Positions 1-8,314 of a stretch of 45,729 nucleotides of DNA are shown one piece after another. The notes under the pieces are model-generated. The model saw only the letters and a list, made by a program, of their open reading frames with translations. It ran no database searches and was not told the DNA's origin. Made by a program: the position numbers and the translations under genes. The stretch spans positions 1 to 45,729 of the IMG/VR virus record IMGVR_UViG_3300027852_000009. One strand, 5' to 3'. Each line of letters begins with the position of its first letter. Position 1 is the first letter of the stretch. This DNA comes from a virus.

Positions 1-651
1 GGTAATGAAGTTGATGGCTCTACAATCGACGCACAGGTGACACGTTCACTGTCAGGCGGTGACAAGGGCCAGATGTCAATGAACGATGCCTTCAAGCGTG
101 AAGACAGTATCCTGGGAAATCGTGGTACACTTGAAAGTCTCGACAAGGTATCCCTCGGTCTCCAAGACACATCCTATGGTGCCGAAGGCGTCATCGCTGA
201 CCTCAACCTATTTGCGAAGACACTGTTGTCGCGTGGTCTGACTGAAGACGAAATGAACCGACCTCTGACCCAAGCTAGAATTCAGGGCCTCATTGGTAAA
301 ACCAAAGACGATGTTGTTGGTCCCGGTGTTATGACTGAAGCCGATGCTGGCCGTGTTATCAGCGCCCTCGGTGGCGACCTGAAGTCAATCCTTGCCAACC
401 CTGAACTGGGTGTGGAACTGCTTGCTGACATGCACCGGAAGACAAAGCGTAAATATGACTTCGAACGGGGCCAATGGGACACCATGAGGGAAGCATATCC
501 CAACATCCCTTATTCCGATCTAGGTGCCCGCTACGAGTCTCCTGAGTGGCGTAAGAATGGTTCCAAGCCAAGCCGGGGTGCCCTGTCTGATGACACCATC
601 TCAGGTGGTGGGAGTGTTGACGACATCCTCAAGGGCTACAATATCAACTAA
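1..651 (+). CDS. C-terminal part of the SLT-domain internal virion protein (same ORF as 44747..45729, read across the circular junction)
   Basis: Frame is open from nt 1 (GNEVDGSTIDAQ...). It is in phase with the ORF starting at 44747 once the 23-bp end overlap is collapsed. Stop at 649-651. Confidence 0.8.
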   Translation, partial: GNEVDGSTIDAQVTRSLSGGDKGQMSMNDAFKREDSILGNRGTLESLDKVSLGLQDTSYGAEGVIADLNLFAKTLLSRGLTEDEMNRPLTQARIQGLIGKTKDDVVGPGVMTEADAGRVISALGGDLKSILANPELGVELLADMHRKTKRKYDFERGQWDTMREAYPNIPYSDLGARYESPEWRKNGSKPSRGALSDDTISGGGSVDDILKGYNIN

Positions 652-661
652 AGGAAACTGA

Positions 662-3600
662 ATGTCCGACCAACTGCTGCGCCTTGAACAAGGCATCAGA
701 GCGGCACATGAAGCGGGCAATGCAGAACACGTCAAGGTACTGGGGGCGGAATATCGCCGCCTTCAGTCCGAGATGTCTGCACCTGCCCCTGAACCTGCCC
801 CAGAACAAAAAGCTGCTCCTGCAACTGGCTTTGGTGACGCCCTCCAATTTGGATGGGACAACGCTGGCCGTAACGTGGGGGGTGGCCTCGAAAGTATCGG
901 TGAACTTCTTGATTGGGATGCTGCGAAGATCGTAGGCAACCACCAGAAGACAACCAACCAGCGTGAAATCGACGCTGCGAATTACTCCCGCCCTGAGGGT
1001 GCTGATGGCGTCCTTACAAACCTCATGCAAGGCGACTTAGCCAATGCTGGGAAGTCCCTCGGCTATGCTGCTGCTGAGAGTGGACCATCAATTGCAACTG
1101 GTGCCTTAGCATCTGGCGCTGCTGTAGCAAGTGGCCCTGTGGCCCTCGGAACCGCTGTTCTGGGTACTGGCGCAACTGCGCTCCAAGCACTCGGTGAGAA
1201 CCGACAGGAGAAGGTAGAGAAGGGTCTCGACCCAACAGCCACATACACAGACCTCGCCTCGGCTGTAGCCTCTGGCGCTGTTGAACTCCTGCCACTCGGT
1301 AAAGCCGGTGGTGGTTTCACTTTGAAGTTCACAAAGGAAGGTCTGCAAGAAGCTGGACAAGAAGGTCTGGTTATCGGTAGCACTGCTGTCCAAGGTGGTG
1401 AATATGTCCCTGAGGAAATCGCCAATCGTCTAGGCGAAGCCTTCGTCGTCGGTGGTGCAATCTCTAAAGGTATGGACGCGACCGTGAACACTGCTGGCAA
1501 AGTTGCTGGTGCTGTTGTTCCAAGCCGAACAGACAACCGGGAATTCACTGGTGACGAAGTTGCTGCTGCTGAACGTATCAAACGTCATGCAGATGGTAGT
1601 GATAAAGTCCTTGGAAACGTCAACGATGATGGGGCAGGGACAGCCAAAGGCGCAGCCAACGCAGCCCTTAGGGAAGCCCGTGCTGAAGCTGAAGCACTCA
1701 CTGCTGATCTGAAGGCAGTTGCCAAGATCACCGATGGTGCTGGTGACGCTGATGTAGCCCTCAAATCACTGGGAAAGATCAAGAGTCACCAAGGGTCAAC
1801 GACCTCTGAACACGCTCTGGATCGTGTTTCTACCGCCCTTCCAGACAACACTGATGTTGCTCGTCTCCGGTCAGTCCTGAAAGAGATTGATGCAATTCAG
1901 GAGTTCACTAAAGGCTCCGACAACGACATGGGTGGCGTATCACGCCTTGCCAAGAAACTTGATCCTCTGGACAAGCGGAACAATAACGCCTTTGGGACAC
2001 ACGCACTTCTCGCTGGTGGCCTTGTCCGTGGCTCTGTTGCCAGTGCTATGGCTATCCCAATTGCAATCAACCGGGCCTCCCGCGTTCTGGATCGTCTGAC
2101 TAATCGCCGGTCTCGTGTGAAACGCTTTGTTGATAGTGCCAAGAAGTCTGGAACCGCTGCAACGCAGATTGATGGACCGACATCTGGTGACATCCTGACG
2201 AAGCTGAAGACTGACCAAGCTGCTATCAAGATGGCAGATGCAAATGCCAAGGTAGCCAAAACTGCACAATCGGACGCCCAGAAGGCCCACATGGCCTATG
2301 AGAAGGCAATGGGCACAAATATCCCTCAAGGCCCTGTGACCCCCCGTAGACCGGCTGACATAGCCCGTCAGGCACAAATGGCTCAACAAGCTGGCATTCC
2401 ATCAGTCCGTGAAGTGACTATGAAGGCTAGAGCAGAGAAAGCTGCCTTGGATCAATCCAATGCAACCTCCCAGGACGCCCGTGGTCTGAAGGCCCAGAAC
2501 CAATTGGCGACTGAACAACAACGTGCCCAAAAGCTGGCCATGTCCCAACAAGCCTTGGACAAGACCCAAGCTGCTGCCCAGCGCCAGACCGAAATGAATA
2601 AAGTCATCTATGACGAAATGTTCAGAACCGGGAAGGTGCCTGAAGGACGTGCGTTCAAGACGTATCAGTTGATGGAACATGCCACAGGTATGAACCCCAA
2701 GAAGGCCGCTCAGACACTCGATCTGCTGGCTCAAGAGGGTCTTATTGACCCAATGATTGCTGAGAAGTTTAAGACTGACCCTGATTGGTTCGCAAATAAC
2801 CCAAAGGATGCCTACAAGGCCCAAGAACTGGTCCGACAGGCTGCTAACCCTGAATACACCGCCCCCCCATTTGTGAAGGACAAGGCGAAAGCCCCCGTAC
2901 ACCCTGACGAGGTTCTGAGGAAGCTGGAAATGGCCGCTGCACGTCCGACATCAAGTCGTCGGAAGCAGAAGGCAATGGAAGGTGATCTGAGGTACAAGCG
3001 TATCCTGCAAGAGATTGCCAAAGCTGAAGGCTCACTGCCCACAAACCAATACAAAGGTTTGTTGCAACTGGTCGAAGAGATGAACCGCCCAGATAGCAAT
3101 ATCACAGACAGGTACACCCTGATCAGCGAGGGCCTGGACATCATCTTTGATGGTAACCCAGCAATGAAGGCATTTTGGGACCGTAAGCTGGCCCCTCTGG
3201 CCGCTATCGGAAACGATCAACGAATTCACCACGCCAAGGTGGAAACCGATCCGGTTCAGGATCAAATGGAAGTCGCCTTTGAAACGAAGGTGAAGAAAGC
3301 TAAGAAGCGAAAAAAGAAACCGGAACTCCCGAAAAAGCCCTCACAAGAGGTGCCAATTACGCAAGAGCCGGATGCCCCTGCTGTAACCCCAGCGGAGAAG
3401 GCGCTCAAAAAGCTGAACAAACCCACACCTGAACCGGAACCTGCCTTGGATCAGTCCAACGCAACCACGACACAGGACCAGCAGGAACCCGTCAAGCCTG
3501 TCAAAACGAAGGCAAGGAAGACCCTGAAGGACCGTACTGATGCTCGTATTGATGACCTGCACTACATGGTCTATCTGGCCGAGACTGAAGGCGACAACCT

Positions 3601-5965
3601 GTCCCAGCACATCGCTAAGTTGGGAAAGGGTTCTGTATCCCGTGTCGAAGGTCTGATCTATCAGTTTGCATCTGATCGTGTGACTGTGAACCAACTGGTT
3701 GATGCCTACAGCACTGAGTATGGAATTCCCCCACAGGACGCCGCAAGGATCGTCAATGACGCCTTGGGTGTTATGGAATTGGAAGGTCAACTCAAGCGCT
3801 TCACTCCAAAGCATTCCGACAGACTGATCTACGATGGTAAGATGGTGAAGACCGAAGACGGAAAGACTGTCTCGGTACTCCAATTACAATTCATGGATGG
3901 ACCTCTGAAGGATCGTGTGGAAGTGGCCAAGGCTGTTCGCTGGACCGAGAAAATGGTCCCAATGGACGCACCAGACAAGAACTTCGACCCAAACTATACC
4001 CAAGATGGAGCGTTCAACGCCTTCAAAGGTATCCCCTCAGATCGTGTGGATGGCACCTTTATGCCGTTGCTGAACATGCTGAACTCCATGCGTAACTCGA
4101 CTATGGCTGTGTCCTCCAAGATGCTAACCCAGATCGAAGATGCGCTGGGCGGTACAGGTGCCAAACGTCAAGGTACAATCAACGAGGTGATGACCCCAAA
4201 GGACAAGCATGGGAAGCCGGATGAAAGTCCGATGCGTACCGTGGCTCAGTTGATCTTCCAGCTAGGCCCTCAGGATGACCGACCCAGCAATCTGATCCGA
4301 CAGGAATGGATGTCTGGCGACAACGGTCGCATCTACTCAAAGAACAGCCTTGCACACTCGCAGGCCGGTGACTTGATGAAGGGTATCCTCAGAACCAACG
4401 AGAAACATCCTGTAGGTGGTGAACCGGGCATGAAAATGCTTATGCACTCCATTGGGAACCTCTTGGGCTTTGACAAGCTGGCTCCGTCATATCGACGTTC
4501 TGCCATCTTCGATCACAATCTGGTCGATGGTTTGGTGAAACTGGCTAATGACCCGTTTGGCAGACAGACCTTGAAGAACGAACGCACCGGGATCACACCT
4601 ATCGGTAAGATGGTCAAGGATGGCGAAGGGTTCTTCCAAGTCCTGAATGCTGCTCATGAAGTCAAAGATATGGTTGATTGGGCGCGTGAACGCCACACCG
4701 ACATGGACGAACTGTCCAATTCTGAACTGCTATCTCACCCTGACGTGGTGGATGACCTGGGTCGGAACTATACGACAGATTTTGTTGTCCAACTTGATGC
4801 CAAGAACAACGCTTACCAGAACCTCGGGATGATGATGGGATACGACAAGGTGCTACGGGAAACCGGAATGCTACCTATGTCACCTGACAACGACCCCGAC
4901 AGTGGTGAAGTTGCTGACATCTACATCAAACCAGCCGTTGGCGTAGCTGAACGAATTCCTGAGTTGTCCGAGTTGGCACTCCCTCAAGGTAAATTGAGGA
5001 AGCTGTTCAAAGGCCCCATTGGGACGTACCTCTACGCCGCTGCATTCAACAGCCGAAAGAAGTCCTTCAGGGACACGCTTGAGGACATGACAGACGGTGC
5101 TGAACTGTTTGGAATGGATGGTGAGGATGCCATGATCAACATTGATCCGGCCCTAAGTGCAGCAATGCTCTCTGAGGAAGGTCATACGTTTGTTGATGAG
5201 CATTACGATGTGAATGGTGATAGCAAGTCAACCAAGGCGACACGGAAGCGTGTTGTGGAAAAAGGTGGCAAGTTCCAAGTCCAGAATGCCGAAGGTGCCG
5301 CTGGCGCTTGGAGTGCTGGTGGGATGAAGTTCAATAGCCCTCAGGAAGCCGTAAAGGAGACCTACTCGACCAACCTCTTTGCTCGTATGAGCCGAGAATT
5401 GGTGAGGGAAATGAACACGCTGTATCCTGATGTGCAGAAGTACCTGAACTACGCTGAGATTGTGTCCAAGGTTGTCAAAGATCGTGGTGGTGCAGACATT
5501 ATTGTACCGACCGCTGATGGCATTGACCTTCGCTACTCCTTTAAGCAGACACCCGGTTTTGAAGCTGCCCCTGTCACCCTTGGTGATGGACGTGTGGTTG
5601 ATCTAGGTGTTCGCAACGCTGACGAGAAGCTGGCTGGCCGTGGCCTAGCTGCCTTCATGGCTCACCAAATGGACGCCTTTGTCCTGAGGGAGACCCACAA
5701 GCGTATGGGGGATATGAAGTCCTTCAACCCAATCCATGACAGCTTTGGCTTTCATCCTTCTGACGCCCAGCGCGGACAGGAGACATGGGTAGGTGTGATG
5801 CAAGAACTTGGTGATGCGAACTACAACATCTTCCTGAATATCCTCGAAGCCAACGGCGTAACGCTTGAGGAATTCGTGGGCGCTGGTGGTGACCCCTCGG
5901 TCATCCTCGGTCGGCAAGGTGTTGCACCCGTACCGGCAGGCCAAATCCCTACGGCTTTGTCGTAA
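662..5965 (+). CDS. Giant virion-module protein (1767 aa) with a C-terminal T7/N4-type single-subunit RNA polymerase domain (putative virion-packaged RNAP)
   Basis: aa ~1120-1767 match T7 RNAP motif by motif. LNMLNSMRNSTMAVSSKML matches YKAINIAQNTAWKINKKVL. SGDNGRIYSK...AGDLMKGIL matches MDWRGRVYAV...GNDMTKGLL (T/DxxGR). VVQLDAKNNAYQNLG is motif A. KGPIGTYLY is motif B (K-N7-Y). NPIHDSFGF is motif C. The N-terminal ~1100 aa are Ala/Gly/Gln-rich and low complexity. The gene lies between the SLT internal protein and the terminase genes. SD AAGGAA precedes the ATG at 662. Confidence 0.85.
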   Translation: MSDQLLRLEQGIRAAHEAGNAEHVKVLGAEYRRLQSEMSAPAPEPAPEQKAAPATGFGDALQFGWDNAGRNVGGGLESIGELLDWDAAKIVGNHQKTTNQREIDAANYSRPEGADGVLTNLMQGDLANAGKSLGYAAAESGPSIATGALASGAAVASGPVALGTAVLGTGATALQALGENRQEKVEKGLDPTATYTDLASAVASGAVELLPLGKAGGGFTLKFTKEGLQEAGQEGLVIGSTAVQGGEYVPEEIANRLGEAFVVGGAISKGMDATVNTAGKVAGAVVPSRTDNREFTGDEVAAAERIKRHADGSDKVLGNVNDDGAGTAKGAANAALREARAEAEALTADLKAVAKITDGAGDADVALKSLGKIKSHQGSTTSEHALDRVSTALPDNTDVARLRSVLKEIDAIQEFTKGSDNDMGGVSRLAKKLDPLDKRNNNAFGTHALLAGGLVRGSVASAMAIPIAINRASRVLDRLTNRRSRVKRFVDSAKKSGTAATQIDGPTSGDILTKLKTDQAAIKMADANAKVAKTAQSDAQKAHMAYEKAMGTNIPQGPVTPRRPADIARQAQMAQQAGIPSVREVTMKARAEKAALDQSNATSQDARGLKAQNQLATEQQRAQKLAMSQQALDKTQAAAQRQTEMNKVIYDEMFRTGKVPEGRAFKTYQLMEHATGMNPKKAAQTLDLLAQEGLIDPMIAEKFKTDPDWFANNPKDAYKAQELVRQAANPEYTAPPFVKDKAKAPVHPDEVLRKLEMAAARPTSSRRKQKAMEGDLRYKRILQEIAKAEGSLPTNQYKGLLQLVEEMNRPDSNITDRYTLISEGLDIIFDGNPAMKAFWDRKLAPLAAIGNDQRIHHAKVETDPVQDQMEVAFETKVKKAKKRKKKPELPKKPSQEVPITQEPDAPAVTPAEKALKKLNKPTPEPEPALDQSNATTTQDQQEPVKPVKTKARKTLKDRTDARIDDLHYMVYLAETEGDNLSQHIAKLGKGSVSRVEGLIYQFASDRVTVNQLVDAYSTEYGIPPQDAARIVNDALGVMELEGQLKRFTPKHSDRLIYDGKMVKTEDGKTVSVLQLQFMDGPLKDRVEVAKAVRWTEKMVPMDAPDKNFDPNYTQDGAFNAFKGIPSDRVDGTFMPLLNMLNSMRNSTMAVSSKMLTQIEDALGGTGAKRQGTINEVMTPKDKHGKPDESPMRTVAQLIFQLGPQDDRPSNLIRQEWMSGDNGRIYSKNSLAHSQAGDLMKGILRTNEKHPVGGEPGMKMLMHSIGNLLGFDKLAPSYRRSAIFDHNLVDGLVKLANDPFGRQTLKNERTGITPIGKMVKDGEGFFQVLNAAHEVKDMVDWARERHTDMDELSNSELLSHPDVVDDLGRNYTTDFVVQLDAKNNAYQNLGMMMGYDKVLRETGMLPMSPDNDPDSGEVADIYIKPAVGVAERIPELSELALPQGKLRKLFKGPIGTYLYAAAFNSRKKSFRDTLEDMTDGAELFGMDGEDAMINIDPALSAAMLSEEGHTFVDEHYDVNGDSKSTKATRKRVVEKGGKFQVQNAEGAAGAWSAGGMKFNSPQEAVKETYSTNLFARMSRELVREMNTLYPDVQKYLNYAEIVSKVVKDRGGADIIVPTADGIDLRYSFKQTPGFEAAPVTLGDGRVVDLGVRNADEKLAGRGLAAFMAHQMDAFVLRETHKRMGDMKSFNPIHDSFGFHPSDAQRGQETWVGVMQELGDANYNIFLNILEANGVTLEEFVGAGGDPSVILGRQGVAPVPAGQIPTALS
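2447..2460. repeat. TTGGA-N4-TCCAA element, copy 1 (intragenic)
   Basis: TTGGATCAATCCAA inside the 1767-aa CDS, read in frame as L-D-Q-S-N. Confidence 0.9.
3446..3459. repeat. Element copy 2 (intragenic)
   Basis: TTGGATCAGTCCAA in the same CDS, again L-D-Q-S-N. About 26 nt of extended similarity to copy 1. Confidence 0.9.
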
Positions 5966-5984
5966 ACAAAAATGCCCCCCTCCC

Positions 5985-5998
5985 TTGGACTAATCCAA
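5985..5998. repeat. Element copy 3
   Basis: TTGGACTAATCCAA. Arms extend to 14 nt (5976-6007). The 3' arm contains the SD for the 6021 start. Confidence 0.9.
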
Positions 5999-6020
5999 AG
6001 GAGGGGGATGGAGAGAAACA

Positions 6021-6731
6021 ATGACCCCTCAAAACCCAAATGTCTGTCCGAGAACAGGTAGGTTGCTCACCGAATGGTTTGAGTACCCAGAAAAGACTGA
6101 TGAAGATGTGATCAAAGAGGCTTGTGAAGAGGCAGGAACTACAGTGGAAGACCGGCCAATGATCCGTGCTGGTGACACCCTACATCCTGACTTTGAACTG
6201 GCTCAAAAGGTCAACTCTCTCATCGCTGGCCGCAAGAAGCGGGCATGGAAAAACGGGATGTCTCAACAGGAAGTAGCCCAAAGAATGGACCAAGCCACCA
6301 AAATGGTGAACCCAGACAACTACAAGTTCTTGGATGATGGTATCCGTGAGCGGACTGGTCTGGAAGTGAACCCACTATGGATGATCGAATGCCTTGTGCG
6401 TTCCGGTGTCCTATCCCCAAAAGAGCAGGTTGCAGCCTTAAAGGAATTGGCCGGTTATACCCATTCCAAGGCTCCCAGCATTAGCCATTCGACCACAACC
6501 CAGATGAACCCAGAGGATTGGCTTCTGGAACTGGCCAAGGACGAATACACAGAAATTGACTTCAAACAGCCTATGCAGCCCGTTGAGAGGGGCATGGGCA
6601 AGACCTACGAAAGCAACATCCTAAAGCGCACCAAAGAGACCGACGCGCTTGCAGTCCACGCTGACGAAGACCTCAAAATGATGATGCTAGAGGTTGATGC
6701 TGAGTGGGAGGAAGAAGACGACGATGACTGA
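6021..6731 (+). CDS. Hypothetical protein in the small-terminase position
   Basis: 236-aa ORF immediately upstream of and overlapping the large terminase. Acidic C-terminus (EEEDDDD). SD GGAGGGGGA in the 3' arm of the upstream hairpin element. Function inferred from position only. Confidence 0.4.
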   Translation: MTPQNPNVCPRTGRLLTEWFEYPEKTDEDVIKEACEEAGTTVEDRPMIRAGDTLHPDFELAQKVNSLIAGRKKRAWKNGMSQQEVAQRMDQATKMVNPDNYKFLDDGIRERTGLEVNPLWMIECLVRSGVLSPKEQVAALKELAGYTHSKAPSISHSTTTQMNPEDWLLELAKDEYTEIDFKQPMQPVERGMGKTYESNILKRTKETDALAVHADEDLKMMMLEVDAEWEEEDDDD

Positions 6732-8304
6732 CCCCCAGACCGCAATGGTCGGGGTTCGAAAGCGTCTGAAAGAAGATTTTGCATTCTATGCTGAAAAAGC
6801 CCTGAGGATCAGGACGAAGAAAGCAGAGATTGTTCCCTTCCGACTGAACCCCGCCCAGTGGGTTCTCCATGAGGCGATAGCTGAGAGCATCAGGAATACC
6901 GGACGTGTCCGTATCATCATCCTGAAGGCTAGACAGCAAGGTCTATCCACATATGTGGGTGGTAAGCTGTATCATGGTGTGAGCCAGTCAGAGGCCCAAA
7001 AGGCCATCGTGGTAACCCACAAGGCTGACAGTACCACGGCTCTGTTCAACATGACCAAACGGTATCATGAGAATGTCCCTGAAATCCTCCGACCCTCAAC
7101 CTCATACTCATCAAAGAAGGAATTGACTTTTGACAAACTGGATAGTTCGTACATGGTCGCTACTGCCGGTGGCGATGGCATTGCCCGTGGTGAAACGATT
7201 ACCCATGCCCACCTGTCCGAGTTAGCATTCTGGAAAGAAAGCTCGGCGCGGGCCAACCTGAACGGTCTGTTACAGTCCGTCCCTGAAGTCCCAGGCACTG
7301 AAGTTTACATCGAAAGCACAGCCAATGGTGTGACCGGCCCATTCTACGAGATGTGGAAAGGGGCTGTTAAAGGAACCAACGGATACACCGCTGTGTTCAT
7401 TCCGTGGTTCCTCGACCCTGAGTACCGCCGTAAGGCCCCCGAAGGGTTCCAAAGGACACCTGAGGAAGAGAAGCTATCCCAGACCTATAACCTTGACGAT
7501 GACCAACTCTATTGGCGTCGTGTGAAGGTGAACCAGAACGGTCTGGACCTCTTTAAGCAGGAATACCCTGCCTACGCCGACGAAGCCTTTCTAACTACTG
7601 GTCGGCCTGTCTTTGATCCGGTCCAACTGACCGATTGGATGGCCCTCAAGACACAACCAAAGACCCGCATGGCTCTGACGTTGGATCGTTGGGAAGAACA
7701 CCCAGTAGGTGAATTGTTGATGTATAGGGAGCATGATCCCGGTGAAACTTATTACATTGGAGCTGACGTTGCTATGGGGGTCCGTGGGGGTGACTTTAGT
7801 GTCGCCCAAATCCTCGACAGTCAGAAGAGACAGGTAGGAATGTGGCGAGGCCATGTCCATCCTGACTATTATGCTGAAGTCCTCTACCGGCTCGGTATGC
7901 TCTACAACGAGGCGCGCATTGCTGTTGAAAGCAACAACCATGGCCTGCTGACGGTAACCCTTCTCTACAAGACTTGGGATTATCCAAACGTCCATACAAA
8001 CGTCCATGAAGACAAGATCACTGACGTTGAAACGCCCAATCTAGGCTTCCAGACGACTGCCAAATCCAAGCCAATGATCATTGATGATCTGAGGGCATCA
8101 CTCCGCAAGGGTGAGATGGAACTATTCGACCATGTGACGATGCAAGAGATGCTGACTTACGTGGTGAAAGAGAGTGGGAAATTGGAAGCTGAAGGCGACT
8201 GCCATGATGACTGTGTGATGTCTCTGGCCATCGCTAATCACGTTCATGACGGGGTTTGGACACCCATCGAAATAACGGCGGATCATTACGTCGAAGCAAT
8301 CTAA
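6724..8304 (+). CDS. Terminase large subunit
   Basis: Walker-A-like RIIILKARQQGLST. Conserved C-terminal nuclease-type acidic residues (GADVAMG..., CHDDCVMSLAIA). Start chosen at the ATG with GGGAGGAAG upstream; in-frame alternatives at 6694 and 6697. Confidence 0.9.
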   Translation: MTDPQTAMVGVRKRLKEDFAFYAEKALRIRTKKAEIVPFRLNPAQWVLHEAIAESIRNTGRVRIIILKARQQGLSTYVGGKLYHGVSQSEAQKAIVVTHKADSTTALFNMTKRYHENVPEILRPSTSYSSKKELTFDKLDSSYMVATAGGDGIARGETITHAHLSELAFWKESSARANLNGLLQSVPEVPGTEVYIESTANGVTGPFYEMWKGAVKGTNGYTAVFIPWFLDPEYRRKAPEGFQRTPEEEKLSQTYNLDDDQLYWRRVKVNQNGLDLFKQEYPAYADEAFLTTGRPVFDPVQLTDWMALKTQPKTRMALTLDRWEEHPVGELLMYREHDPGETYYIGADVAMGVRGGDFSVAQILDSQKRQVGMWRGHVHPDYYAEVLYRLGMLYNEARIAVESNNHGLLTVTLLYKTWDYPNVHTNVHEDKITDVETPNLGFQTTAKSKPMIIDDLRASLRKGEMELFDHVTMQEMLTYVVKESGKLEAEGDCHDDCVMSLAIANHVHDGVWTPIEITADHYVEAI

Positions 8305-8314
8305 AGGAAACTGA

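Noticed and set aside
1-23. The 23-bp end duplication as a genuine direct terminal repeat of the virion DNA.
   Set aside because: It is far shorter than the terminal repeats of T7- or N4-type genomes, and it falls in the middle of a continuous coding frame. More consistent with an assembly overlap.
2556-2570. Degenerate relatives of the element (TTGGACAAGACCCAA at 2556, encoding ALDKTQA; TTAGATTCCGACCAA near 43358; half-sites such as CTATCCAATGG at 10650 and TTGGATTAGGCATTGG at 21559).
   Set aside because: Arm spacing or sequence departs from TTGGA-N4-TCCAA, and such partial matches are expected by chance. Not counted among the 28 copies.
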